Part shown: in pieces, positions 8,866-17,989 of the stretch
Position numbering within the stretch: position 1 is the stretch's first letter
Layout: each line of letters begins with the position of its first letter
DNA from: Archangium sp.
Lineage (GTDB): Bacteria; Myxococcota; Myxococcia; Myxococcales; Myxococcaceae
DNA: 64,000 bases
NCBI GenBank assembly: GCA_031367385.1
Contig: JANLPS010000055.1
Location: forward strand, 20,098-84,097
Reading direction: 5' to 3'
The notes under the pieces: generated by a model
What the model was told of the DNA's origin: nothing
Databases searched by the model: none
Seen by the model: only the letters and a program-made list of their open reading frames with translations
Program-made: the position numbers and the translations under genes

Positions 8866-11438
8866 AGCGACTCGCATTCGGCGCCCTCTTCGCCCTCACC
8901 GCCTGCCAGAGCTTCACCGACATCGAGCAGAAGCGGCCCTACAGCTGTAACTGGCGCGACGCCGGCGTCGATGAGTGCCCCACCGGCTGGCGCTGCGGGT
9001 ACGACAACCGGTGCTTCAACCCCACCGTGCCGGTCGGCCTGAAGACCTGCAAATTCAACCAAGATTGTTTCGACGGGTTTCGCTGCAGCACCGAAAACGC
9101 CTGCTTCAACCCTGCCATCGAAACGGCGCGCGTCTGCCGCGAGACCGCCGACTGTGCCCCCAACTGGCGGTGCGGCATCAACAATGTCTGTCAAAACCAA
9201 GACGCCGGCGCCGCCTACCCCTGCCGTGCCGACACCGACTGCGAACGCGGCTGGCGCTGCGACGTGCTCGCCAATGTCTGCGCCGACGTCGACGACACGC
9301 TCTTCGGAGAGGCCCGCCCGGTCTCGTTCACCCGCTTGCACCCGCTGCTCGAGAACGACGTGCCGGCGATGGTGGCGATGAGCTTCCCCTCCGATGGGTA
9401 TGCCAACCGGCTGCGGTTGATCGCCGAAGTCTTCGATGGCGGCGTGCGCGTGAGCGGCAAAGACCGCGACGGCCGCGAGCTGCTCAAGTCACTCGCCTTG
9501 CCCGCGCCACTCGGCCAACTCGCAGACGTCATCGCGGTGGGAGACCGGGTCTTGCTCCGCGCCACGAACGGAGATCTCTACGGCGCTCAAGTCGGAGCCG
9601 ACGCCGGCTTCGCCTTGCTCGCGACCCGCATCGACCGAATTCGCCAGGTCGACCCCGACCCGAGCAGCGGCCGCATCAACAATTTCTTCGACCCCGCGGT
9701 TCTCGCCATCAGCCAAAACCAGTACCACCGCTTCGACTTGAGCCTGATGCCCGACGACCTCGACGGGGGGCCCGATGCCAGCATCGATGGGCAGCTGCTC
9801 GACGTGGCCGGCGCGCAAAACGAGGTCTTCGTGCTGAGCACCCGCGGCATCACCCACGCGCCCTCGAACCGCACCGTCGATGGGTGCCAGTCGGCCCTCT
9901 TTCCCCCTGAGTTGCGCACGCCCAGCGCCGATGGAGGCGTGCCCGATTGTTTCTTCAATGGCACCCCCGAACCGCTCGGCTCACTCGTGCGCCTCGACGC
10001 CGGCGTTCGCTTCGAATTGCTCGCGACCGTCAAGCAAGGTCAATTCGGGTACGCAGTCATCAGCCATTTCCCCGATGGGCGCACCTATGCGTCGGTCGGG
10101 TTTCAAGTCGCCAATGACTCCCGCATCGTCTCTGGGGGCGACGTGTGCCCCAAGGGCGGCACGCCGCTGCAGGTCAGCCTCGCGCTCGAGGTGGGTGCCA
10201 TCAACAAAACCGGTGCCAGCCTCGTCAGCCGCTGTGCCGCCACGGCCTTCGATGGCGGGTTCATACCCGCGGGCACCTGGTCGCAACGCGTCGACAACGG
10301 CAAGCCGAAGTTCGAGTTCATCGACGACGACGCGCTTCAATGGCAGCAGGGCGTTCGCGCGCAAACCACCACCAGCAACACCCGAGTTCACGCCGGCCGC
10401 AACGGCACGCTCTGGTACGACGACTTTCTCGTCGGAGGCACGGCGCCCTGGGTGCTCGACCGAATTCCCGGCGCGGTGTTGCGGGCGGTCGAAGGCGATG
10501 GCACCCCTTCGATCTTCGCGCTCACCGATCGCTACATCTACAAACCATCTCCGGGCATCGGGTTCTTGCAAGACAACGACAGCCTGCTCGCCGACTCGGC
10601 TGACTTCGTGCCCGCCGGCGCGGTCTTGGGGCAACCCGCGTGGGAGATCACCCGATCTGGCGTCATCGACCTCGGCAACTTCGTGCTCAGCGACCACCCG
10701 CGCTTCGTCGTGCGGGTCAGCGCTGCCGACGCCCCCCTCGCTTCACCTGCGTCAGGCCAGCTGCAGACCCTGCCCGACGGCAGGCGCGTGCTCGTCGTCT
10801 ACTCAGGAGACCGGCTGTTCTCGGCCGACGTGACCGAGGTCGAGAAGAACCCCTATCTGCCTCCAGTGGCTCTCGAGGTGCGGCTGGTGCCCTCGGCCGG
10901 AGTGCGCCTGCGCGGCCTCGCCATCGACGGTCAGCCTCGCCAACAGGCCGACGGCGGCGTGTTCAACATCGCGACTGGCTTCGTGCTCACCAACTCCGCG
11001 CTCTTCGCCTTCTCGGTCGTCACCCAGGCTCGCTGGAGCCTCATTCAAGTGCCGCTGCCGGAGCGCTTCGGCATCCCGCTCCAGCTGTGGTCTGAAAATG
11101 GCCGCGCCCGCCTCGCGTTCGATCGCGGCACCGTGATGACGCTGCCCGAGCGCGTGCCCATCACCAACGACTTGCCAAGCAACGGCTCGACCGTGAGCGA
11201 CTTCGCCCGCCTCTGCGGCACCACCTACGCCATTCGGGCCGACGGGCTGTACCGCTCGATTCTCGGAGACGGCGGCAGCCGCTGGGCGCCCGTGACCTTG
11301 CCCGAAGTGCCCGACGACGAGCGCGACGGCGCCAGGTTCTTCGCCAGCGAAGGGTCGGTTTTTCTCGCCACCAAGACCGGCCGGCTGATTGAGCTGAGCC
11401 TCGCGAAGAACGACGCCGGAGTACCCGTCTGCCCGTAA
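8862..11438 (+). CDS. large lipoprotein with Cys-rich repeats and probable beta-propeller
   Basis: MKRLAFGALFALTA-C lipobox; four C..C..[GN][WF]RC...N.C repeats; ATGA overlap with upstream gene. Confidence 0.8.
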   Translation: MKRLAFGALFALTACQSFTDIEQKRPYSCNWRDAGVDECPTGWRCGYDNRCFNPTVPVGLKTCKFNQDCFDGFRCSTENACFNPAIETARVCRETADCAPNWRCGINNVCQNQDAGAAYPCRADTDCERGWRCDVLANVCADVDDTLFGEARPVSFTRLHPLLENDVPAMVAMSFPSDGYANRLRLIAEVFDGGVRVSGKDRDGRELLKSLALPAPLGQLADVIAVGDRVLLRATNGDLYGAQVGADAGFALLATRIDRIRQVDPDPSSGRINNFFDPAVLAISQNQYHRFDLSLMPDDLDGGPDASIDGQLLDVAGAQNEVFVLSTRGITHAPSNRTVDGCQSALFPPELRTPSADGGVPDCFFNGTPEPLGSLVRLDAGVRFELLATVKQGQFGYAVISHFPDGRTYASVGFQVANDSRIVSGGDVCPKGGTPLQVSLALEVGAINKTGASLVSRCAATAFDGGFIPAGTWSQRVDNGKPKFEFIDDDALQWQQGVRAQTTTSNTRVHAGRNGTLWYDDFLVGGTAPWVLDRIPGAVLRAVEGDGTPSIFALTDRYIYKPSPGIGFLQDNDSLLADSADFVPAGAVLGQPAWEITRSGVIDLGNFVLSDHPRFVVRVSAADAPLASPASGQLQTLPDGRRVLVVYSGDRLFSADVTEVEKNPYLPPVALEVRLVPSAGVRLRGLAIDGQPRQQADGGVFNIATGFVLTNSALFAFSVVTQARWSLIQVPLPERFGIPLQLWSENGRARLAFDRGTVMTLPERVPITNDLPSNGSTVSDFARLCGTTYAIRADGLYRSILGDGGSRWAPVTLPEVPDDERDGARFFASEGSVFLATKTGRLIELSLAKNDAGVPVCP

Positions 11439-12401
11439 ATGCCGCAGCTGATTGACGATTTCAGCCCGGCGCGCGGTCTCTCCAACGGGCACGCGCAGAC
11501 GGTCTTCGGCTCACTCTGGCCCAAGCGCGCCCTCGCGCTGAAGCGCCGCCGCTTCGAGACCCCCGATGGAGACTTCGTCGACGTCGACATGCTCGACGGA
11601 GCGCCCGGCACCCCCACCGTGCTGCTCTGCCACGGCCTGGAGGGCTCGTCGTCTTCGAAGGCCATCGTCGAGCTGCTGCGACACCTGGCAGCGCTCGAGT
11701 GGGGTGCGTGGGCGCTCAATTTTCGCAGCTGTTCCGGCGAGCCCAATCGGTTGGCCGCGTCGTACTCGTCGGGTGACACCCGAGACGTCACCTGGCTCGT
11801 GCCGCAGATGCCCACCCTGCGCGCCATCGTCGGCGTCTCGCTCGGCGGCAGCGTGGTGCTCAACGCGATGTCGCAGGGCCTCGAGGTCTCGGCCGCTGCG
11901 GCGATCAGCGCGCCGTATCAGCTGCGGGTCTGCGCCCAGAGCCTCGACTCCGGCCGTGGCTTCTCACCCGTGTACCTGCGGCACTTCTTGCCCACCATGA
12001 AGGCCAAGGCCTTGGAAAAAGCCGCCCGCTTCCCCCGCGTGCTCGACGCCGGGCTGATTCGACGCGCTCGCACGCTGCGCGACTTCGACCAGGTGGTCAC
12101 CGCGCCGGCCTTCGGGTTCGCCTCGGCAGAAGAATACTACGAGCGCTCTTCATCAGGCCCGAAGCTGAGTCGAATCAAGACGCCGACCCTGCTGCTCTCG
12201 GCCGAAGACGACCCGCTGGCACCCGCCGCGTTGCTGCCCGTCGACGTGCTCAACAACCCGGCGCTCCACGTGCTTCGAACCCAGCACGGAGGCCACGTCG
12301 GCTGGGTCGCGGGCTCGATTCGCAAGCCGCTCTTCTGGGCAGAGCACCGAGTCGTCAGGTGGTTGGCCCAGCACTTTCAGCAATTGGGTAAGAAGCGTTA
12401 A
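11439..12401 (+). CDS. alpha/beta hydrolase, YheT family
   Basis: NGHAQT, HGLEGSS, GVSLGG nucleophile elbow, DDP, GGHVG. Confidence 0.9.
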   Translation: MPQLIDDFSPARGLSNGHAQTVFGSLWPKRALALKRRRFETPDGDFVDVDMLDGAPGTPTVLLCHGLEGSSSSKAIVELLRHLAALEWGAWALNFRSCSGEPNRLAASYSSGDTRDVTWLVPQMPTLRAIVGVSLGGSVVLNAMSQGLEVSAAAAISAPYQLRVCAQSLDSGRGFSPVYLRHFLPTMKAKALEKAARFPRVLDAGLIRRARTLRDFDQVVTAPAFGFASAEEYYERSSSGPKLSRIKTPTLLLSAEDDPLAPAALLPVDVLNNPALHVLRTQHGGHVGWVAGSIRKPLFWAEHRVVRWLAQHFQQLGKKR

Positions 12402-12407
12402 GCCACC

Positions 12408-12689
12408 ATGACCGTGCGAGTGCAGATACCCGGAGCGTTTCGCGTGCACACGGCCGGGCAGAAGACCGTGTCGGTCGAGGGGCTGACAGTCGGCGAGGTG
12501 CTGCAGGCCCTGGTCTCGGCCCACCCCTCGCTCAAACCCCAGCTCTACGCCCCGAGCGGCGATTTGCGCAGGTACATCAACGTGTTTCGCGGCGACGACG
12601 ACATTCGCGCGCTCGAGCACCTGGCCACCGCGGTTCACGACGGTCAGACGCTGGTCATCATCCCCGCCATCAGCGGTGGCAGCCAGTGA
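12408..12689 (+). CDS. MoaD/ThiS family sulfur carrier (CysO-like)
   Basis: V.IP..R, LRRYINVF, IIPAISGG near the C-terminus followed by SQ. Confidence 0.9.
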   Translation: MTVRVQIPGAFRVHTAGQKTVSVEGLTVGEVLQALVSAHPSLKPQLYAPSGDLRRYINVFRGDDDIRALEHLATAVHDGQTLVIIPAISGGSQ

Positions 12690-13822
12690 GCGGGTTTTCG
12701 AAAGACGAAGTTCGCCGCTACAGCCGCCACTTCATCTTGCCCGAGCTCGGCGCACGCGGGCAGAAGGCCATCAAAGCCAGCAAGGTGCTGTGTATCGGCG
12801 CGGGCGGGTTGGGCTCTCCAGCGGCGATGTACCTGGCGGCGGCGGGCGTCGGCACGCTGGGCCTGGTCGACTTCGATGTGGTTGACGTCAGCAACTTGCA
12901 GCGCCAGGTGCTCCACGCCACCTCTGATGTCGGCCGCCTCAAGCTCGACTCCGCGGTTGACCGACTGGCAGATCTCAACCCCGAGGTGCGCCTCGTTCGC
13001 CACCCGGTTCGGCTCACGTCAACCAACGCGCTCGAGATCATCTCTGCCTACGACGTCGTGCTCGACGGCACCGACACCTACGCGACGCGCTACCTGATCA
13101 ACGACGCCTGCGTGCTCACCGGGGTGCCGAATGTCTCGGCCAGCGTCTTTCGCTTCGAGGGCCAGCTGTCGATCTACGGCACGAAAGAGGGCCCGTGTTA
13201 CCGCTGCGTGTACCCCGAGCCACCTCCCCCGGGCCTGGTGCCCAGCTGCGGAGAAGGCGGCATTCTCGGCGTGGTGCCCGGCGTGGTCGGCACGCTGCAA
13301 GCCACCGAGGTGCTCAAGCGCATCGCCACCATCGGCGAGCCGCTCATCGGCAAGTTGCTGCTCTTCGACGCGCTCGACATGCAGTTTCGCACGGTGACGA
13401 TTCGCAAGAGCCCCAGCTGCCCGGTGTGCGGCCCGAAGCCCACCATCACCGCCCTGATCGACTACGACGCCTTCTGCGGAGTCTCGACGCCCGACCCGGC
13501 CTCAGTGCCCCAGCTCGACCCGCGCGAGCTGCACCGCCGGCGCTTGAGTGGAGAACCGTTTCACCTGCTCGATGTGAGAGAGCCCGGTGAACGCGAGGTG
13601 AACCACCTCGACGGAGCGCTCACCATACCCCTCGGTGAATTGGCCACCCGCTACACCGAGCTGCCCATCGATGAGACCCTGGTCGTCTTCTGCAAAGTCG
13701 GGGAGCGCAGCGCGCAGGCGGTGGCCACCCTGCAGCGCTTCGGGTTCACCAAGCTCTTCAACCTGCGGGGCGGCATCGAGGCCTGGCTCGAAGAGGTCGA
13801 CGATGATCAACCGCGGTATTGA
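12686..13822 (+). CDS. moeB: MoeB/MoeZ-type adenylyltransferase with rhodanese domain
   Basis: RYSRH, GAGGLG, SNLQRQ, CYRC, CPVCG, DVRE..E, CKVGERS. Confidence 0.92.
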   Translation: MSGFSKDEVRRYSRHFILPELGARGQKAIKASKVLCIGAGGLGSPAAMYLAAAGVGTLGLVDFDVVDVSNLQRQVLHATSDVGRLKLDSAVDRLADLNPEVRLVRHPVRLTSTNALEIISAYDVVLDGTDTYATRYLINDACVLTGVPNVSASVFRFEGQLSIYGTKEGPCYRCVYPEPPPPGLVPSCGEGGILGVVPGVVGTLQATEVLKRIATIGEPLIGKLLLFDALDMQFRTVTIRKSPSCPVCGPKPTITALIDYDAFCGVSTPDPASVPQLDPRELHRRRLSGEPFHLLDVREPGEREVNHLDGALTIPLGELATRYTELPIDETLVVFCKVGERSAQAVATLQRFGFTKLFNLRGGIEAWLEEVDDDQPRY

Positions 13823-14905
13823 TCAGAGCGCGCTCGCCGGTACCCACTGCTCGTCGCCCTCCATCGATCGCACCTTGACCTGATCTCCCTTGCGCTCGAG
13901 CTCCTTGAGCTTGGTGCCCACCGCCATCGGAGCCGCGGCGCCAGGCGTCGCCACCGGGGCCTTCAACGCCTTGTTGTAGAGGCCATCGATGCGACCTTGA
14001 TCTTTCTTGCGCTCCACCACGATGTTCGAGGTCATCTGCTGCGCTGCATACGCGCTGCTCAAGTCGCCCGCCTTCACATCGCCGCCGGTCCCCGCGCTCT
14101 CCAAGGCCTTCTTCGTCGACTCGCTGAGCACGGTGTCGCTCTTGATGTAGTCAGACCCCTTCTTGCCCTCGGCCACCGTGCGGGTCTGGTTTTGCTGCAG
14201 GTAGAAGTGGCTGGCGATGTGCAGCACCTGGCCGTCGCCGTAACGAAAGTGCACCGCGATCGGCGAGTCGCCGTACTTCGCCTTCATTTCACGGCTGGTG
14301 ATCAACACGTCGACCTTCTCGGCGTTGAGCACGCGAATCGGGTAGCTCGAGCTCTCGAGCCACCACTTGGGGTCGGTCTTCGACAAGGTCAGGTGCTTGA
14401 GCAGGTTGTCATCGCGCTGAGCCACTTGCACCGCGACGACGTCATTGCCCGTCGGGCGCTGGTTGTACTCGACGAACCCGGGAAAAGCTTTTTGCACCAC
14501 GTTCAGCAGCGCCCAGTCGGTCGTGTACAGGTACCCGCCGGCGTTCACGAACTTTCGCACCCGCTCGATGCCAGCCGCGTTGATGTCACCCGGGCAGTCG
14601 ATGATCAGCAGCTGCTTGGCGTTGAGCTTGAGGTGCGAGACCTGCGACGGCTCCACCACCGTGTGCTTGATCGACAGCGACTTGAGCACGTCTTCGACGC
14701 GGTCGTACGTGCCCGAGACCACCACGATGTCGGCCGATTCGACCTTGTCGAGCATCGCCGCGTCAGCGGGGCGCTCTTCGGCCATTCGGGTTCGAACCAC
14801 CGTCGAGGCCGCTGCGTTCGCCTTCGACATGTTGGCGTCACCCAATTCACCGGCCTGAACGCTCAACGAGATCACCGCTACTGCCGCCAAGAAAATTTTT
14901 CGCAC
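13823..14905 (-). CDS. exported hypothetical protein (GATase-like fold plus SH3-like tail)
   Basis: GTG start with GGAGG RBS, signal peptide, IDCPG, FVNAGGYLYTTDWAL, C-terminal VKVRS..GDEQWVPASAL. Confidence 0.7.
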   Translation of the reverse strand: MRKIFLAAVAVISLSVQAGELGDANMSKANAAASTVVRTRMAEERPADAAMLDKVESADIVVVSGTYDRVEDVLKSLSIKHTVVEPSQVSHLKLNAKQLLIIDCPGDINAAGIERVRKFVNAGGYLYTTDWALLNVVQKAFPGFVEYNQRPTGNDVVAVQVAQRDDNLLKHLTLSKTDPKWWLESSSYPIRVLNAEKVDVLITSREMKAKYGDSPIAVHFRYGDGQVLHIASHFYLQQNQTRTVAEGKKGSDYIKSDTVLSESTKKALESAGTGGDVKAGDLSSAYAAQQMTSNIVVERKKDQGRIDGLYNKALKAPVATPGAAAPMAVGTKLKELERKGDQVKVRSMEGDEQWVPASAL

Positions 14906-15130
14906 GTGAAGCCTCCGTCGGCCTTGCACGGCCCAGCAATTCATTCGATTTATGGCCCCTCGAATTTTCGTGCCCGTGACACCAAATCTTCAATGATTGT
15001 GGTGTGTTCGGTCGATAGTGAGGTCACCGGGCGAGCGGCACCCACTCGCACTCAGAGATGACTTCAGCGGTCGATCTGGCTATCACCCAGCGGGTCTTTC
15101 GTTGCCCCCGGCCCTCAAGGAGAAGTACCG

Positions 15131-16072
15131 ATGCTCCGCTTTCGCGCAGACAGGAAAACCCTGGGAGTGCTCTGCACTTTTGCGGCCCTGTCGATTGGCG
15201 GTTGGTTGCTCGACCCACCCTTGGCCATCGCCGTCCCCTGGGTGATCGTGACCTGCGCCGTCTCCTGGCTCTGCGCGGTCGCGGCCCACAACACCGTGCA
15301 CAGCCCCGTCTTCACCAAGCGGTGGATGAACCGAGTGTTTCAAGTGTGGCTGAGCCTGTCGTACGGGTTTCCCATCTCCGAGTACGTGCCGGGCCACAAC
15401 CTCTCGCATCATCGCTATACCCAGCGACGCGAAGACGTCATGCGCACCACCAAAGTGCGCTTCGGCTCGAACCTGCTCAACTTCTTGCTGTTCTTCTTCT
15501 TCGTCGGCCCGGGCGTCACCGTCGGCAACTACCGCTACTCGAAGGTGATGAAGCAGCGCCTCCCACAGTGGAACCGCCAGCTCACCACCGAGATTTTCTT
15601 CGTCTGGGGCACCAAGGCCGTGCTGCTGTTGCTCGATTGGCGCAAGGCGTTGATGTTCGTGATCATTCCCCACTTCTTTGCGGTCTGGGGCATCACCACC
15701 GTCAATTACCTGCAGCACGACGGCTGTGATGAAGACCACCCGGTCAATCACTCGCGCAACTTCGTCGGCAGGTTCTTCAACTGGGTGACCCTCAACAACG
15801 GGTACCACGGCATGCACCACATTCAGCCGGGGCTGCACTGGAGCCTGCTGCCCCAGGCCCACGCCGAACGCGTCAAACCCACCCTCGACCCACGGCTCGA
15901 CGAGCCCTCGCTCGCGCTCTACATGTTTCGCGCCTTCATCTTCCCGGGCAAACGCCTGCGCTACGACGGTGCCCCGGTCGTCATCGCAAGCGAAGGGCCC
16001 GACCACGATTGGGTCGCCGCGACCCGCGAAGTCGCCGCCAATGAGCTCGGTGCCGTTGGCAGCGGCAGCTAG
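15131..16072 (+). CDS. membrane fatty acid desaturase family protein
   Basis: His boxes HNTVH, HNLSHH, HGMHH plus TM segments. Confidence 0.9.
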   Translation: MLRFRADRKTLGVLCTFAALSIGGWLLDPPLAIAVPWVIVTCAVSWLCAVAAHNTVHSPVFTKRWMNRVFQVWLSLSYGFPISEYVPGHNLSHHRYTQRREDVMRTTKVRFGSNLLNFLLFFFFVGPGVTVGNYRYSKVMKQRLPQWNRQLTTEIFFVWGTKAVLLLLDWRKALMFVIIPHFFAVWGITTVNYLQHDGCDEDHPVNHSRNFVGRFFNWVTLNNGYHGMHHIQPGLHWSLLPQAHAERVKPTLDPRLDEPSLALYMFRAFIFPGKRLRYDGAPVVIASEGPDHDWVAATREVAANELGAVGSGS

Positions 16073-16177
16073 AGCACACATCGCCCTACCCCAGGGCCAG
16101 TGACCCAAAGCGTGGAGGAAGACGCGACGCGGGCTGAGAGTTAGGGTTTTGAAGAGCCAGCGACAGCCGGGGGAGCG

Positions 16178-16735
16178 ATGCAACCAGCAGCCGGACACAT
16201 CTTCGTTCGCACGCTCGCCGAAAAGGTGTTCGTTCGGGTCGAAGGGCGCGCAACCCACCTCCAGGCCGCTCCGTTTCAGACCTTCGCCCGTCAGATGATC
16301 AACCGGGGCCACCAGGCCTTCGAGCTCGACTTAGGCCCCTGCAACTCGATGGACAGCACCTTTCTCGGCGTGCTGGTCGGCCTCTCGATGAAGCTCGAAA
16401 AACTCGGTGGGCCCAAACCGGTCGTCTTTCGTGCCGGCGAGTGCACCCACGAGCTCTTCAAGACCCTTGGCGTCGAGCGCTTCTTCGAGCTCAACGACCC
16501 CCACCACCCCGTCGTCGAGCCGGGTGAGCTCGACGAGCTCGCAGGCGCCTCGTGCAAGGCCGCCGACTGGGCTCCGACCATCATCGGCGCACATCAGTTG
16601 CTGTGCGAAGTCGATGATCGAAACGGCCCCCGGTTTCAAGACCTGCTCGAGTACCTCAAGCGTGACGCGGTCAAGTCGGCCTTGCGCGCCCCGCCCGACA
16701 CCGAAGACTCGACGCCCTCCCGATGGAAACAGTGA
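16178..16735 (+). CDS. STAS domain protein (anti-sigma factor antagonist)
   Basis: LDLGPCNSMDSTFLG phosphoacceptor motif, LFKTLGV. Confidence 0.85.
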   Translation: MQPAAGHIFVRTLAEKVFVRVEGRATHLQAAPFQTFARQMINRGHQAFELDLGPCNSMDSTFLGVLVGLSMKLEKLGGPKPVVFRAGECTHELFKTLGVERFFELNDPHHPVVEPGELDELAGASCKAADWAPTIIGAHQLLCEVDDRNGPRFQDLLEYLKRDAVKSALRAPPDTEDSTPSRWKQ

Positions 16736-17982
16736 CTGAGCCGCTGGTTCGAATCTTGTTGGTTGAAGATTCGAAAGAAGACGCCGATTTGTTGCGACGC
16801 TCGCTCCGCGGCGAGGAGTTCGAGATTACCCGCGTCGAGGCACTCGCTGAGGCCGAGACCAAGCTTCGCGCCGGGCAATATGAGGTCGTGCTCCTCGACT
16901 TGTCGCTGCCCGATGGCAATGGCTTCGAATCGTTCGCCAAGATTCGGCCGCTCGCCATCGATTCGGCCGTCATCGTGCTCACCGGCAACGACGACGAGGC
17001 GCTCGGGCTGAAGACGGTGCAAGCCGGCGCACAAGACTTTCTCGTCAAGGGCACCTTGAAGGGCGCGCACATGGCGCGCGCGATTCGCCATTCGCTCGAA
17101 CGAAAACGCACCGAGACGATCGCGCAGCAGTACGCCCGTGAGCTGGCCGCCCGAAACGAAGAGATGCGCGAAGACCTGCAGTTGGCCCGCGAGGTTCAGC
17201 AGGCCTTCTTGCCGAGCCACTGCCCTCCATTTCCCGTCGGCAGCGCGACGCCGAGCCTTCACTTCATGCATCGCTACGTGCCCGCGGGCGCGGTCGGCGG
17301 AGACTTCTTCGACGTCTTCCCGCTCTCTCCAGAAGTCGCCGGCGTGCTGATGTGCGACGTGATGGGGCACGGCGTGCGGGCCGCGCTGGTGACCGCGATG
17401 CTGCGCGCGCTGGTCAGCCCGCACCACCCGATGGCGCACGACCCGGGCTCGATGCTCGACGACCTCAACAAGCAGCTGCGCACCATTCTGAAGAGCAGCG
17501 ACAACGTGATGTTCGTCACCGCCGTCTACCTGGTGGTGAACGCCGTCACCGGTGAGGTGCGCTCGGCGAATGCGGGGCACCCCAAGCCCCTCTGCGTGCC
17601 GTTTGGCGGCAACGTTCGCACGCTCTGTGAAGGGCGAGCGGTCGGCCCACCTCTGGGCCTGGTCGAGGCGCCAGTGTACCAGACCGTCGTCAGCCAGCTG
17701 TCAGCCGGTGACCGGGTGTTTCTCTTCACCGACGGCCTCTACGAGATGGAGGGCTCCCAGGGCGGCTCGTTCGGTCAGACCCGGCTGCAGCAGGAGCTTC
17801 AGACCTTTGGAGACCTGCAGGTCGAGCCGTTTCTCGATTCGCTGCTGGCCCGGCTGCGCACCTTCGCGAAAGATGGCGTCTTCACCGACGACGCCTGCAT
17901 GCTCGCGATGGATTTTCGCCGCGCGCCCACCACTCCCATCGTGAGCCTGTCGAACCACGGTGGGCCTGTCGAACCACGGTGA
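16723..17982 (+). CDS. response regulator receiver fused to PP2C/SpoIIE phosphatase
   Basis: ILLVED, LLDLSLPD; VGGDFFD, CDVMGHG, NAGH, FTDG, DDAC. Confidence 0.92.
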   Translation: METVTEPLVRILLVEDSKEDADLLRRSLRGEEFEITRVEALAEAETKLRAGQYEVVLLDLSLPDGNGFESFAKIRPLAIDSAVIVLTGNDDEALGLKTVQAGAQDFLVKGTLKGAHMARAIRHSLERKRTETIAQQYARELAARNEEMREDLQLAREVQQAFLPSHCPPFPVGSATPSLHFMHRYVPAGAVGGDFFDVFPLSPEVAGVLMCDVMGHGVRAALVTAMLRALVSPHHPMAHDPGSMLDDLNKQLRTILKSSDNVMFVTAVYLVVNAVTGEVRSANAGHPKPLCVPFGGNVRTLCEGRAVGPPLGLVEAPVYQTVVSQLSAGDRVFLFTDGLYEMEGSQGGSFGQTRLQQELQTFGDLQVEPFLDSLLARLRTFAKDGVFTDDACMLAMDFRRAPTTPIVSLSNHGGPVEPR

Positions 17983-17984
17983 GC
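17941..17984. repeat. 19-bp tandem repeat (REP-like)
   Basis: GTGAGCCTGTCGAACCACG then GTGGGCCTGTCGAACCACG then GTGAGC. Confidence 0.8.
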
Positions 17985-17989
17985 TCACC

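Noticed and set aside
12408..13822. Ubiquitin-like antiphage system (CBASS/Bil-type E1-Ubl)
   Set aside because: The E1 is a canonical MoeZ with rhodanese; no E2, JAB or CD-NTase nearby.
17941..17984. 19-bp repeat as a mini-CRISPR or att site
   Set aside because: No spacer, no integrase, and no second copy seen elsewhere in the window.
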